From contig JAOMOG010000001.1 in assembly GCA_028353405.1 (NCBI GenBank), positions 24,717 through 88,716 of the forward strand: a stretch of 64,000 bases of DNA, read 5' to 3'. Position 1 is the first letter of the stretch. Every line of letters begins with the position of its first letter. Origin of the DNA: Candidatus Poseidoniaceae archaeon. Lineage in GTDB: Archaea > Thermoplasmatota > Poseidoniia > Poseidoniales > Poseidoniaceae. The notes below the pieces were generated by a model, which saw only the letters and a list, made by a program, of their open reading frames with translations, made no database searches and was not told where the DNA came from. Positions 18,501 through 26,744 of this stretch are shown here, one piece after another. Both the position numbers and the translations under genes were made by a program.

Positions 18501-19182
18501 TCACATACCACAAAATATCTTCAGTAGGGTGGTGGGCAACCCATGATGCGGTCGAGGTTGTTCCGGTGACTTCTTCCCATTCAGGGCCCTCAAACATTTT
18601 ATCCGCGTCGCCCCCGGTTGTGAATACAATTCGTTCACCATCACTAGACCATGTGGCAGCGTAAATACCAACATAATTGCCATTACTTGGCGTTACATCA
18701 CCTGAGAACACTTGTTCCCAATCTGAGGTTTGATAAATTTCAAAATACATTCCTGAATACACCACGAGATATTCTCCATTGGGTGAGAAAAGAATGTTTT
18801 CAACCAAAATATTTGTTTCAACCGTTTCGAGCAAAACATTCCAATCCGAGTGCATATATACGCTAAAAGAGTAGTCTGCGCATTCTGAAAGAACGAGATA
18901 ATCGTTGTAATCGTCGACTGCGAACACAGTGGCGTAATAGTAGCAATATTCGAGTGTTTGCTGACGGGCCACCGCCCAATCGCCTTCATACACCTCGCCT
19001 CTTCCAGAAGATTCTACTGATTCGAATCCGTTCAGTGTGACTTCTGTTGAGGGTTGAAGTGGAGCTATGCAGAGAAGCATAAGGATTGAAAGAAAGGATG
19101 CTAAAAACAAATCTTTCCTCGCTTCAAATAAGTCTGAGATGGCGATGTAGCGTTTCCGAGGGGCACACCTCTCTTCAGCCAT
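15553..19182 (-). CDS. Giant surface protein: beta-propeller-like region + thrombospondin type-3-like Ca-binding repeats, C-terminal TM anchor and cytoplasmic tail
   Basis: Repeated D-x-D-x-D-G-x-x-D...CP modules ('DTDGDGVSDSDDICP', 'DVDGDGLVDAQDNCP', 'DSDNDGIVDILDECA'). TM 'WATIGGVLLVILLLGGFLL' is followed by a roughly 60-aa tail. Confidence 0.8.
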   Translation of the reverse strand: MAEERCAPRKRYIAISDLFEARKDLFLASFLSILMLLCIAPLQPSTEVTLNGFESVESSGRGEVYEGDWAVARQQTLEYCYYYATVFAVDDYNDYLVLSECADYSFSVYMHSDWNVLLETVETNILVENILFSPNGEYLVVYSGMYFEIYQTSDWEQVFSGDVTPSNGNYVGIYAATWSSDGERIVFTTGGDADKMFEGPEWEEVTGTTSTASWVAHHPTEDILWYVNNDGTGNEYEFENIPFVGYQWVMKRSFTLSQGYGGPISSNSDGSMLLMNEYYEMSVYSTSDYSEIFASPYESAEATFSSEGDSIVYYYNEEYRILSTSTWQEQTSFDSQDQGCSWGYGPLQIVFSSEDEEIIVASETCYDNFLSSWSPDEDSDGVADVQDFCPSTSEDENADAKGCAPSQKDTDLDGINDRDDICPRTKTSDVAGSNGCSPSQLQDTDGDGVSDSDDICPGTLLTEFSNIYGCSSNQRDVDGDGLVDAQDNCPLFDVTVCPNVLSWVMSSEPLDELVSNSLQWSPAGEHAAMKENEGIRLVDDTFASVREHLFENESQYVREFLWMPNGVDLLVIWESNYWGDSECGYYLWDTIDDILSSIYTVSADCSSLRYSALSPDGTRLAVSKYSSSSYSRSTLVIDLTNHVVAFEDEDHNSRDLVFTHDGTSLIGLTTRSLNLWDVNDGYMLQSRSIEGADNLLLSPDGDNLYAYSEESIHVYSMDSFVFQSMISFDEDDGYYYSRPFSLSLEFSRSSDLLYVMPVNRTLIDGDWHYNSSMQTYYVDGSGSLELAMPPQVVNTSIGNPIFSPGQTSFIAHVDDENDYHEEGYYLWSPDSDGDGIVDTSDLCSNTILNESADETGCSWGQKDDDEDDVLNGQDLCINTPIGIGMLVDESGCSDQQVDEDFDGVCNEDAQSAGPSGCVGKDSCPSTPSGKVVDSTGCSWEQQDDDLDSVQNSIDICPDTSLGEVADSVGCGETQRDSDGDFVNDYWDVCSSTEINSTVDNFGCSDLQVDSDSDTVCNTNAPSSGPSNCTQIDICPNTESNTTVDTYGCSWNQRDDDGDGVFNPYDSCPDTSNPEVSPDGCSSWQRDSDNDGIVDILDECAKTPEDEFSNQVGCSEGQRQSSLGFEEGGGSSIIKWATIGGVLLVILLLGGFLLNRKKSSEDLTQPKTEAPQYATRGVMEEDGKEWIEFPAGSSNRFYRDQSSGQWVKNK

Positions 19183-19415
19183 GATGCTTTTAAGATGGAT
19201 TTTGCTTTAATCATTGCTCCGGTAATACAAATTAAGGCCTTCTTTTCAATCGCTCAATCATATCTCTTTTTTTTTAACACGCCCACAGTATTCCTTGATA
19301 TATCAGTGGCAAACCGATATCTTTTAGTGGGTGTTTATCATTGGGCTGTGGCAACTTTTTGACACGAACATAAACAGTGATTTATTAACCACTCAGTTAA
19401 GGATTTTTGGTTGCT

Positions 19416-20141
19416 ATGCTAGTTGTTGATGATTTGAAGAAGGGATTCGGCTCTGGTAGCAGCCGTTTAGAGGTGCTGAAAGGAGTATCCATGGAAATGA
19501 AGCCTGGTGAATTAGTTGCTCTAATGGGTCCTTCTGGTTGTGGAAAATCAACCCTCCTCAATATCATTGGCGGATTATTGCCTGCGGAGAGTGGTGAAAT
19601 CATTCTCAAGGGTAGAAAATATGGATTGAAAAATCCTTCAAATGTTGTTGATGTTAGGCGCGAATATGTTGGATGGATTTTTCAAGACTTTCATCTTCTC
19701 GACAATCTTTCTGCAATAGATAATGTGGCAATGGCACTTGAGTTATCTGGAATGTCATCTTTAGAGGCTGAAGAAGCTGCACGCATTGCATTAGTGAAAG
19801 TCGGACTTGAAGATAGAATGGAGCACATTCCAGATCAACTATCTGGCGGTCAGCAGCAACGCGTTGCTATCGCTAGGGCAATTGCTGGTAACCGGCCTTT
19901 GCTTCTTGCTGATGAACCAACAGGGAATTTAGATATTGCCAGTGGTAAAGATGTATTACAATTATTCAAAGATCTTTGTCATGATAAAGAAAACCCAATT
20001 TCTATTCTAATGGTTACGCACGACCCGAACCTTGCATCAAATGCAGACAGAATGTTATTACTAACAGATGGGATGACTAAAGCATCCGATATTCGTTCTG
20101 CTTGGGGCTTGGATGAAGATGAAGGAGGCGAAGAAGAATGA
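19416..20141 (+). CDS. ABC transporter ATP-binding protein (MacB/LolD-like)
   Basis: Walker A 'GPSGCGKST', signature '[14 protein letters not shown]' and Walker B 'LLLADEPT'. The stop overlaps the permease start (ATGA at 20138-20141). Confidence 0.9.
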   Translation: MLVVDDLKKGFGSGSSRLEVLKGVSMEMKPGELVALMGPSGCGKSTLLNIIGGLLPAESGEIILKGRKYGLKNPSNVVDVRREYVGWIFQDFHLLDNLSAIDNVAMALELSGMSSLEAEEAARIALVKVGLEDRMEHIPDQLSGGQQQRVAIARAIAGNRPLLLADEPTGNLDIASGKDVLQLFKDLCHDKENPISILMVTHDPNLASNADRMLLLTDGMTKASDIRSAWGLDEDEGGEEE

Positions 20142-23100
20142 CCAAAGCAGATATTTCTTTGCAGTTGGAATCTTCTGACTTTGCACCTTCACAGAGTTTG
20201 CCTAAGCGAATTATGCACAAAGTAACTGAAACTCCTGGAAAACTTCGTCTTGCTGGTTTGAGTGCTTGGCGTGGTAAGGAACGAGGTTTAGCAGTTATTG
20301 CGGGTGTTTTCCTTGCTTCTCTTGTCATCACCACCGTTCTTTCGTACGGCGTTGGTCTTTCCCAACTTTTCTTTGAAGAATCTCTCAAAAACGAGCCATT
20401 CGATGCCAAAATAGAATTTGCTCGAACCCCTGTAGAAAATTCTACCGGTTGGTCGAACAATACCAGCACAATGACGAGTGTGTGCGACGAGTTGATGGAG
20501 GAATTCACCGAATTCAGTGATTGTACTCTTGTCTTAGGACGTCAAGGTATTCACAGTGGGGGCTTTTTCAATCAAGAATTTGTTGTTGCTCAGCCTCTTG
20601 AAATGGTAGCGATTACCGATGATGCAAACCCATATTGGGGCAACGTTACGTTTGATTATCCAGAACTTGGCGACGCAGGTCCACCAATTTCCAACATGCG
20701 TTCGGTTCGCTTTTTAGGACCTGAAGCCTTTGATGGTGAATTTGCTGACAGATTAGGTGAGAACATCATAGCAGGAATGGGAGAGTGGCCATCACCAGAA
20801 AATGTCAGTGCTCAACGCGGTGTCATTCTCCCTTCGACCGTTGCTTCAGAAGCAAAAGCCAATGTTGGTGATGTCCTTGACTCTCTCTCATTCCATTATG
20901 TCGTTGATGAATCGACGCTGTTCGAAGGGACGGTTACCAATGAAAACTGCGACGGTGAAGTAACTCCTGAGCAGAATGAAATGGTGTACTGTCGGATGGA
21001 AATGACAGCGACCAATTTGACGGTTCTTGGAATCTATGACCCATGGGATTTCGGTAACCCGACACTTGGCCCAAACCCAATATTCACGACTTGGGAAGTT
21101 CTTGATGAAACCCAACGAGCAACATTGATCAATAATGACCACATGTACCTCGGTGTCACCATTGACCAAGGGCAATTGCCAACAACATCTACTGCAGATG
21201 CAGCAGAATGGCTTGAAGACCTTGGAACTCGCGTACAGGCTGGAAATTACACCGATGAAGGAATTGAACTGTATTACACTGATATCGTCAGTGGAACCAT
21301 TCTTTTCCTCAATATTTTCTTAGGTCTGATTCAAATCTTCGATTACATCATCATGATTCCAATTGTTATTCTTTCAATTTCGGTATTAATCTATGGATTA
21401 GTGCTTTCCCTGGAACAACGACGTAGAGAAGTCAGTATACATCGCGTAATAGGTGCGGATGCCACAAGCCTACAAAGTATGGTGCTGTTAGAATTGTTCG
21501 TCATGTCTTCTGTAGCCTGGTTGGTAGGATATCTTCTAGCCTTATTTGCAGTCCCAATCGTTCTTTCAGCAGTAGGGTTCATGGAATTTAGAACCGGCGA
21601 CTTTGATGTAAATCCGAGTTTGAGTATCGGTGCAACCATTTTCACTGCAGTAACAACTCTCGGTCTTGCTATGCTATTCGGCCGCAGCCGTGCCCGTGAT
21701 TTCATAGAGCTTGAAATCGAAGAAGGAGTGCGAAAAACTTCAGCCAAAACAGAACCAAAACGCTGGCTTCACTGGCTTGCGTTCCTATTTGGAATGGTCG
21801 CAGTTACCGACACATGGCTCGAAATTAATGTTAATGAAGATGGTCTTGTTTCCAATTTCTTCATTGAAGGACTGCTTGGGATTTTTGGTCCGTTTGCACT
21901 TTGGATAGGTGGAGCACTTCTTCTCGGTAGAATTGGCGCCAAAGGTCCACAGATAATGCAACTAATATTCGGTCGAACATCTCTGTTAAAGGATGTAAAA
22001 CGTGGTCTCAAAGGTTCAGGTTCAACAGAATCTGTAAACCGACTTGCTGTTATTATGCTACTTACTCTTTCAATTGTCACACTCGCAGCAGTTCAAGGCT
22101 ATACGGGAACATTGGTTGATGAGAAGACCACAGATGCAACCGTTGGTTCTGATTTAAAAATCACTCTTGAGCAGAATTATAACGAATCAGAATTATTATC
22201 TTTAATCTCACTCTTTGCTGATGCTGATGTTACAGCCTCAGCAACAACCGTGCCGAGTCTTTTCTTAGAAGATTCAACTGGAGGAGATAAATTGCAAACA
22301 TGGGTCGTGCTTGATGGGAATGAAGACATTCTTCGATGGAGTGAACAATCTATTCCAGGGACATCAATCGACGCAACAATGACTGCTTATCGCAACGGTG
22401 GTTTTACCGCTGGAGAAGATGCTGCTTATTCACTGGATATTGCAGGCTCTGGGCGAGGAGATGAAAATCGTCTTGAAGATGTGTTGTTGAAACCGACAGA
22501 CGCAAAATCCGAAGAACTCTCCTTCACCTGGGAAAAATTGAGTTTTAATTTCTCATCTGGCGGTGCAACTGAAAACGATCCAATGGCTCTCTTTTTAGCA
22601 TATTCTTCGCTCATGGAAGGTGATTGGTCTGGATTAAATCTATCCAACCAAGATCTGAGTGGGCGTGACTTTGGTCCTGTTGATTTGAGCGGTACTGACC
22701 TCTCTAATACCAATCTAGCAGGTGCAAATCTTTCTCAAGCCTTGTTTTATGATACAAACTTAGACGGCGCAGACCTTTCTGGTGCGGACCTTACTGACGC
22801 TGTGATTGTCAATTTCATGAGTGGGTCAATGCAAGGTGCCAATTTCATTGGAGCGGATTTGACAGGTGTCTTCGGAATCGCAGATCTTTCAAGTGCAAAT
22901 CTCGGTAATGCTACTTGTCCAGACGGAACTTCGGCCGAAGAGACTAGCTGTTCATCAGGACTTTCTCAAATTCCACCAGCACTTGCAGCCCCACTGTTCT
23001 TGGCAGATACGAATGTAAAAATTGTCATCACACCTTACCAATCCAGTATGTATTACATGGGTGTTCATGAATATATCCCTGGTGTCAGTTCAGTTGCTAT

Positions 23101-23761
23101 GGATTCGTCATTGATTATCGGTGAATCCTCTTGGGAATCCTTTGTCGGTGCTGATGCAGTAACAAACCATACATCCACGACTTGGATTGTTGATGTTCAA
23201 GGATTAAGTGGTGATTCTCTAGAAGCCCTTGCATCAACTATGTCTGCAGACTTTAGAGTCTCCAGTGTTTTGGACTGGTCAAGTTCACACAAGAGTGTTG
23301 AGCGAGACGGAGGGCTTATCTTTGGAACGCCAGGTCTGCTTTCATTACAATTCGTTGTGGCTAGTATTGCCGCTGTCGCTTCAAGTTTCGTGTTTTTATC
23401 ATTGGTATTGAGTCAACGCCAGAAAGAATTGGCAGTCCTCCAAGCGATTGGGGCATCTCCAAACCAAATCATTCGGTTGGTGTTGTTCGAGATTCTTTCC
23501 ATCGTCATGGTTTCAATGGCACTTGGTATTGGTCTTGGAATAGGAGTGGCACTTTCATTCAACGGTTTCTTTGACATATTTGGATTCATATTCCAAATTT
23601 TCGGTGGCTCATCAACATCTATTGAACGAACCTTGGTCTATCCATGGTATCAATTGTTACTTGTGTCATTATCTGTATTTGCTGCAGTTGTTATTGCATT
23701 ATTGGTGACAACTCGTAAATCCTTGAAATCTGACTTAGCCAGTGTGCTGAAGGGGGAGTGA
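20138..23761 (+). CDS. Very large double-FtsX-domain ABC permease with big extracytoplasmic inserts
   Basis: Two FtsX-type TM modules ('LSLEQRRREVSIHRVIGA...', 'LVLSQRQKELAVLQAIGAS...') are separated by long hydrophilic regions, one containing pentapeptide repeats. Confidence 0.8.
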   Translation: MTKADISLQLESSDFAPSQSLPKRIMHKVTETPGKLRLAGLSAWRGKERGLAVIAGVFLASLVITTVLSYGVGLSQLFFEESLKNEPFDAKIEFARTPVENSTGWSNNTSTMTSVCDELMEEFTEFSDCTLVLGRQGIHSGGFFNQEFVVAQPLEMVAITDDANPYWGNVTFDYPELGDAGPPISNMRSVRFLGPEAFDGEFADRLGENIIAGMGEWPSPENVSAQRGVILPSTVASEAKANVGDVLDSLSFHYVVDESTLFEGTVTNENCDGEVTPEQNEMVYCRMEMTATNLTVLGIYDPWDFGNPTLGPNPIFTTWEVLDETQRATLINNDHMYLGVTIDQGQLPTTSTADAAEWLEDLGTRVQAGNYTDEGIELYYTDIVSGTILFLNIFLGLIQIFDYIIMIPIVILSISVLIYGLVLSLEQRRREVSIHRVIGADATSLQSMVLLELFVMSSVAWLVGYLLALFAVPIVLSAVGFMEFRTGDFDVNPSLSIGATIFTAVTTLGLAMLFGRSRARDFIELEIEEGVRKTSAKTEPKRWLHWLAFLFGMVAVTDTWLEINVNEDGLVSNFFIEGLLGIFGPFALWIGGALLLGRIGAKGPQIMQLIFGRTSLLKDVKRGLKGSGSTESVNRLAVIMLLTLSIVTLAAVQGYTGTLVDEKTTDATVGSDLKITLEQNYNESELLSLISLFADADVTASATTVPSLFLEDSTGGDKLQTWVVLDGNEDILRWSEQSIPGTSIDATMTAYRNGGFTAGEDAAYSLDIAGSGRGDENRLEDVLLKPTDAKSEELSFTWEKLSFNFSSGGATENDPMALFLAYSSLMEGDWSGLNLSNQDLSGRDFGPVDLSGTDLSNTNLAGANLSQALFYDTNLDGADLSGADLTDAVIVNFMSGSMQGANFIGADLTGVFGIADLSSANLGNATCPDGTSAEETSCSSGLSQIPPALAAPLFLADTNVKIVITPYQSSMYYMGVHEYIPGVSSVAMDSSLIIGESSWESFVGADAVTNHTSTTWIVDVQGLSGDSLEALASTMSADFRVSSVLDWSSSHKSVERDGGLIFGTPGLLSLQFVVASIAAVASSFVFLSLVLSQRQKELAVLQAIGASPNQIIRLVLFEILSIVMVSMALGIGLGIGVALSFNGFFDIFGFIFQIFGGSSTSIERTLVYPWYQLLLVSLSVFAAVVIALLVTTRKSLKSDLASVLKGE
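22630..22925 (+). repeat. Pentapeptide-repeat block encoded inside the FtsX permease
   Basis: 'LNLSNQDLSGRDFGPVDLSGTDLSNTNLAGANLSQALFYDTNLDGADLSGADLTDAVIV...GANFIGADLTGVFGIADLSSANLGNA' fits the A(D/N)LxX periodicity. Confidence 0.8.
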
Positions 23762-23763
23762 AG

Positions 23764-24738
23764 ATGAAAGAAAGTATATTGCAAGCATCCGGGCTTTACC
23801 ACGTCTATGAATCAAAGGCTGAAGATGGTAATGTAGTTGCTTTACGTGGACTACACCTTGACATGAAAGAAGGTGAAGCAATAGCAGTTGTTGGTCCATC
23901 AGGTTCAGGTAAATCCACTTTGATGAAGTGCCTTGGTGGTTTGATGAAAGCCAGCGCAGGCTCGGTATCATTAGCCGGAAAGAACATGACTAGGCTGACA
24001 GGAAAGGAATTGGTGAAACTACGTCAAAAGACAGTATCATTCATCTTCCAAGAAGGTAATTTATTGCCGAATCTGAATGCTAGAGATAATGTTGCACAAC
24101 CATTACGTCACCAAGGAGTATCCTCTCGTAAGTCCTTGAAATTAGCAGATTCTATGTTGGATCGTCTCGGCATCCTTCCTAGGGCCTATGCACTACCAAA
24201 GATGCTCAGTGGTGGAGAGCAACAACGAGTTGCTATTGCACGTGCTCTGATTACTAACCCACGACTTATTTTTGCAGACGAGCCAACAGGAGCACTCGAT
24301 CCAGTAACTAGTCGGGAAGTTCTTGCTATGTTCAAAGATTTACATCAAAACGAAGGGGTTTCATTCTTTATTGTAACACATTCAAAGGAAGTAGCATCAT
24401 TTGCAAATCGTTCTTTAGAATTACGAGATGGTCGCTTTGTCGCAGAACACGGTGATGATGTTGATGTTGAAGATTTGAGTAAGGATAGAGAATTGATTAT
24501 TGATGAAACTGGTACAGTTACTCTACCTCCAGACTTACTGGTGAAACTTGGTGGAGCTGGTCGTTATACTGTTGGAGATGTCAGTAGTGGATCTCTTAAA
24601 TTACAAGGAGAAGCGATTGAATCGATGGGTAAAATGGAACTTGCTAGTGCATGCCCAGCATGCAAGCATGATTACGCTGATAGCGAAGACCAATTATGCC
24701 CATCTTGTGGTTCAAGCCGACCGATGGTTGAGGTTTAG
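23764..24738 (+). CDS. Second ABC ATP-binding protein with a C-terminal extension ending in a zinc ribbon
   Basis: 'GPSGSGKST', '[14 protein letters not shown]' and 'IFADEPT'. The extra roughly 100 aa end in '[20 protein letters not shown]'. The ATG is preceded by GGGGGAG; an alternative GTG at 23758 overlaps the permease stop. Confidence 0.85.
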   Translation: MKESILQASGLYHVYESKAEDGNVVALRGLHLDMKEGEAIAVVGPSGSGKSTLMKCLGGLMKASAGSVSLAGKNMTRLTGKELVKLRQKTVSFIFQEGNLLPNLNARDNVAQPLRHQGVSSRKSLKLADSMLDRLGILPRAYALPKMLSGGEQQRVAIARALITNPRLIFADEPTGALDPVTSREVLAMFKDLHQNEGVSFFIVTHSKEVASFANRSLELRDGRFVAEHGDDVDVEDLSKDRELIIDETGTVTLPPDLLVKLGGAGRYTVGDVSSGSLKLQGEAIESMGKMELASACPACKHDYADSEDQLCPSCGSSRPMVEV

Positions 24739-24740
24739 AA

Positions 24741-25028
24741 ATGAAAAGATTTGTAACTGTTTTAGGATATTTAGAAGGACTTTCTTTCTTAATTTTACTA
24801 GGATATGCCATGCCTATGAAGTACTTGTTTGACGACCCTGCTCCAGTATCATTAGTTGGTGCAATACATGGTTTTTTGTTTGTAGCATATATTGCAGTAT
24901 TGTTTTTCGGCATTGGAAAACACTGGACCAGCCGAGCCTTGATACACGGATTTGCAGCAGCGGTATTACCAGCAGGGCCATTTATCTTCAACAATAGGTT
25001 AGACTCTGGAGAGTATAAATTACAATGA
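24741..25028 (+). CDS. Small membrane protein, DUF3817-like
   Basis: 'LEGLSFLILLGYAMPMKYLFDDPAPVSLVGAIHGFLFVAYI' resembles the DUF3817 pattern. Confidence 0.55.
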   Translation: MKRFVTVLGYLEGLSFLILLGYAMPMKYLFDDPAPVSLVGAIHGFLFVAYIAVLFFGIGKHWTSRALIHGFAAAVLPAGPFIFNNRLDSGEYKLQ

Positions 25029-25388
25029 TTATACTTTAACGCCTTCAGGCCAAAGCACAAGAATCAATGTTTTCCCCCGAGTTCTTGGGGTGTGAGTTGT
25101 ATTTCTATCCATCCAAACTAGCGATCCAGTAGGATAAGTTCCACTCTCATCCCATACTTCTCCTTCAAGAACGAGGTAACACTCTCCACCAGGATGAGTA
25201 TGGGGCATGAAAGCATCTACCTCAACTTCAGAATCTGCTTCATACAGTACAAGTGAACAAGCATCTTCTCTGTGAAGTCTTCCAAGACGAACACCAGTTC
25301 CGAAATCTTTCCACTTTACATTTTCATTGAGCCACTCTCTATCGATGTTAAATCCGAGCCAATTAGCCATGTCGTGGGTGAAGACCAT
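25029..25388 (-). CDS. Cupin-domain protein
   Basis: 'HTHPGGECYLVLEGEVWDESGTYPTGSLVWMDRNTTHTP' carries cupin motifs 1 and 2. Confidence 0.7.
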   Translation of the reverse strand: MVFTHDMANWLGFNIDREWLNENVKWKDFGTGVRLGRLHREDACSLVLYEADSEVEVDAFMPHTHPGGECYLVLEGEVWDESGTYPTGSLVWMDRNTTHTPRTRGKTLILVLWPEGVKV

Positions 25389-25456
25389 GTATTGCGGACA
25401 TAGCGCCAGCGATTGAAGTTTGCTTTTTTTTTGTCTTTTGCCAACATTGAATAACT

Positions 25457-25475
25457 AGGGGGTTCAGTACCCCCT
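25457..25475 (+). promoter_or_regulatory. Perfect G5/C5 hairpin or palindromic operator AGGGGG-TTCAGTA-CCCCCT, 10 nt upstream of the wHTH gene
   Basis: A 6-bp perfect inverted repeat stands out in AT-rich intergenic DNA. The same ACCCCCT 7-mer recurs at 25841 and 61778. Confidence 0.45.
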
Positions 25476-25484
25476 GATACTAAG

Positions 25485-25829
25485 ATGCGTAAACAACGAG
25501 ACCTCCCTGTTACAATTTATCGGATTTTGCTATACCTTTCTAGAATGAGGGAGTCATCACCAGAAACAAGAAGGCAAGTTAGAATTGAAAGAGCCGTTTG
25601 TATAGATCGCAAAGAAGTAAGAGAATTCATGATAAAGTTGGAAAATGGAGGCCTAGTGGCCAGCGAGGACACAGGTAATGTAGGTAGAGGGGGCCATCCA
25701 ATAGTGACTTGGAATATTACTGAGGCTGGTAAAATGTGGCGTTCCGACATTGGTCGTTTTATTCAACTCGGGCAAAGAATGGAGATGTATCCAGAAGAGT
25801 TCTTCTATCTACCTTCTGATGCAATTTAG
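25485..25829 (+). CDS. Small winged-helix (MarR/ArsR-like) DNA-binding protein
   Basis: 'VTIYRILLYLSR...IDRKEVREFMIKLENGGLVASEDTGNVGRGGHPIVTWNITEAG' shows a helix-turn-helix plus wing pattern. Confidence 0.55.
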   Translation: MRKQRDLPVTIYRILLYLSRMRESSPETRRQVRIERAVCIDRKEVREFMIKLENGGLVASEDTGNVGRGGHPIVTWNITEAGKMWRSDIGRFIQLGQRMEMYPEEFFYLPSDAI

Positions 25830-25894
25830 AGGGTTAATTTACCCCCTATGACTTACTACTTCGCATTATATGCATTACCCCCATAGGATTGTTC

Positions 25895-26170
25895 ATGGCG
25901 GGTAAAAAAGGAGTTGACAAAGTATCAACTGGATTAACATCTCTAATCGATGAGTTCACTAGTTCAATAAAAGAACTAGTAAATGCTGGAGAAGAGACTG
26001 TAATTCATCTTGCAGTAGGCGGAGGGCGAGTAATCAGTGCTCTGGTTGATGCAACAGGATCGGTCACCAAAATAGGAATAGAAACAGCTGAAAATGTGGT
26101 TGGTTCTGTTGCAGGTGGAGTTTTACGCGTTGTAAAGAAAACAGATGAAGATAAGGAGGAAAAAGAATGA
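25895..26170 (+). CDS. Small Gly/Val-rich amphipathic protein with an acidic tail, unknown function
   Basis: A TATA-like ATTATATG element is centred about 27 nt upstream of ATG 25895, consistent with a leaderless transcript. The stop overlaps the next start (ATGA). Confidence 0.5.
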   Translation: MAGKKGVDKVSTGLTSLIDEFTSSIKELVNAGEETVIHLAVGGGRVISALVDATGSVTKIGIETAENVVGSVAGGVLRVVKKTDEDKEEKE

Positions 26171-26355
26171 TTGGAAGATTATTGACAGGAGGCGTTATGG
26201 CGATGGCTGGAGGATACCTAATAGGTGTTGCTCATAGTAGTTATCGACATTATTACAATAGATATGCAGCAGATGAAGATCTAAGACAAAGAGGTTCTAT
26301 TCAGGAAGTTTTTGTTGTTGGTGAAACTAAGAAACCTGGGAGGGGGAAGAAGTGA
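26167..26355 (+). CDS. 62-aa single-TM micro-protein
   Basis: AAGGAGGA SD lies upstream. TM 'LLTGGVMAMAGGYLIGVA' is followed by a basic tail. The stop overlaps the next start (GTGA). Confidence 0.5.
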   Translation: MIGRLLTGGVMAMAGGYLIGVAHSSYRHYYNRYAADEDLRQRGSIQEVFVVGETKKPGRGKK

Positions 26356-26537
26356 TACCAATACTTGCTGGATATGGAATTGCTATTGCACTAGGAACTG
26401 CATACGCGGTTTCACAGGGTGCTTCTGCTGGAACAGGTTATGCTGTTGGAAGAAAAGTTGGGCGTGTAGTTTGTGAAAAACTCGATGTGTTTGAAGGACG
26501 AGCAAAAGAATTCATCACACTACCTGTAAATGAATAA
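26352..26537 (+). CDS. 61-aa single-TM micro-protein
   Basis: GGGAGGGGG SD lies upstream of GTG 26352. TM 'IPILAGYGIAIALGTAYAV'. Confidence 0.45.
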   Translation: MIPILAGYGIAIALGTAYAVSQGASAGTGYAVGRKVGRVVCEKLDVFEGRAKEFITLPVNE

Positions 26538-26744
26538 GTAAAGGTGAAGACATGTCAAATATAGTCCCAACTATCAAATGGGTATTCATGTCTTTTTTAC
26601 ATTCCTTTATTCCGCTTTTTGCTTCTTGAGCGATCCATTATATGTAATGTATAAATGGTATTATCCATTATTTGCAAAACCTACAAAATGAATACTGCAT
26701 AGAGAATGTTAATGACATAGAATTGAAACGTAGGGTTGGTTGGT

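Noticed and set aside
15635-18989. About a dozen 60-130-aa ORFs on both strands within 15553-19182
   Set aside because: All are nested in the 1209-aa TSP3-repeat gene, whose repeats are coherent only in its own frame. The alternative frames give His/Gln/Leu-rich nonsense typical of repeat-DNA shadows.
24548-25060. Overlapping ORFs (94 aa +, 138 aa -) across the ABC ATPase 3' end and the DUF3817 gene
   Set aside because: They conflict with two better-supported genes that have proper starts (ATG 24741 just after the stop at 24738), and they show no motifs.
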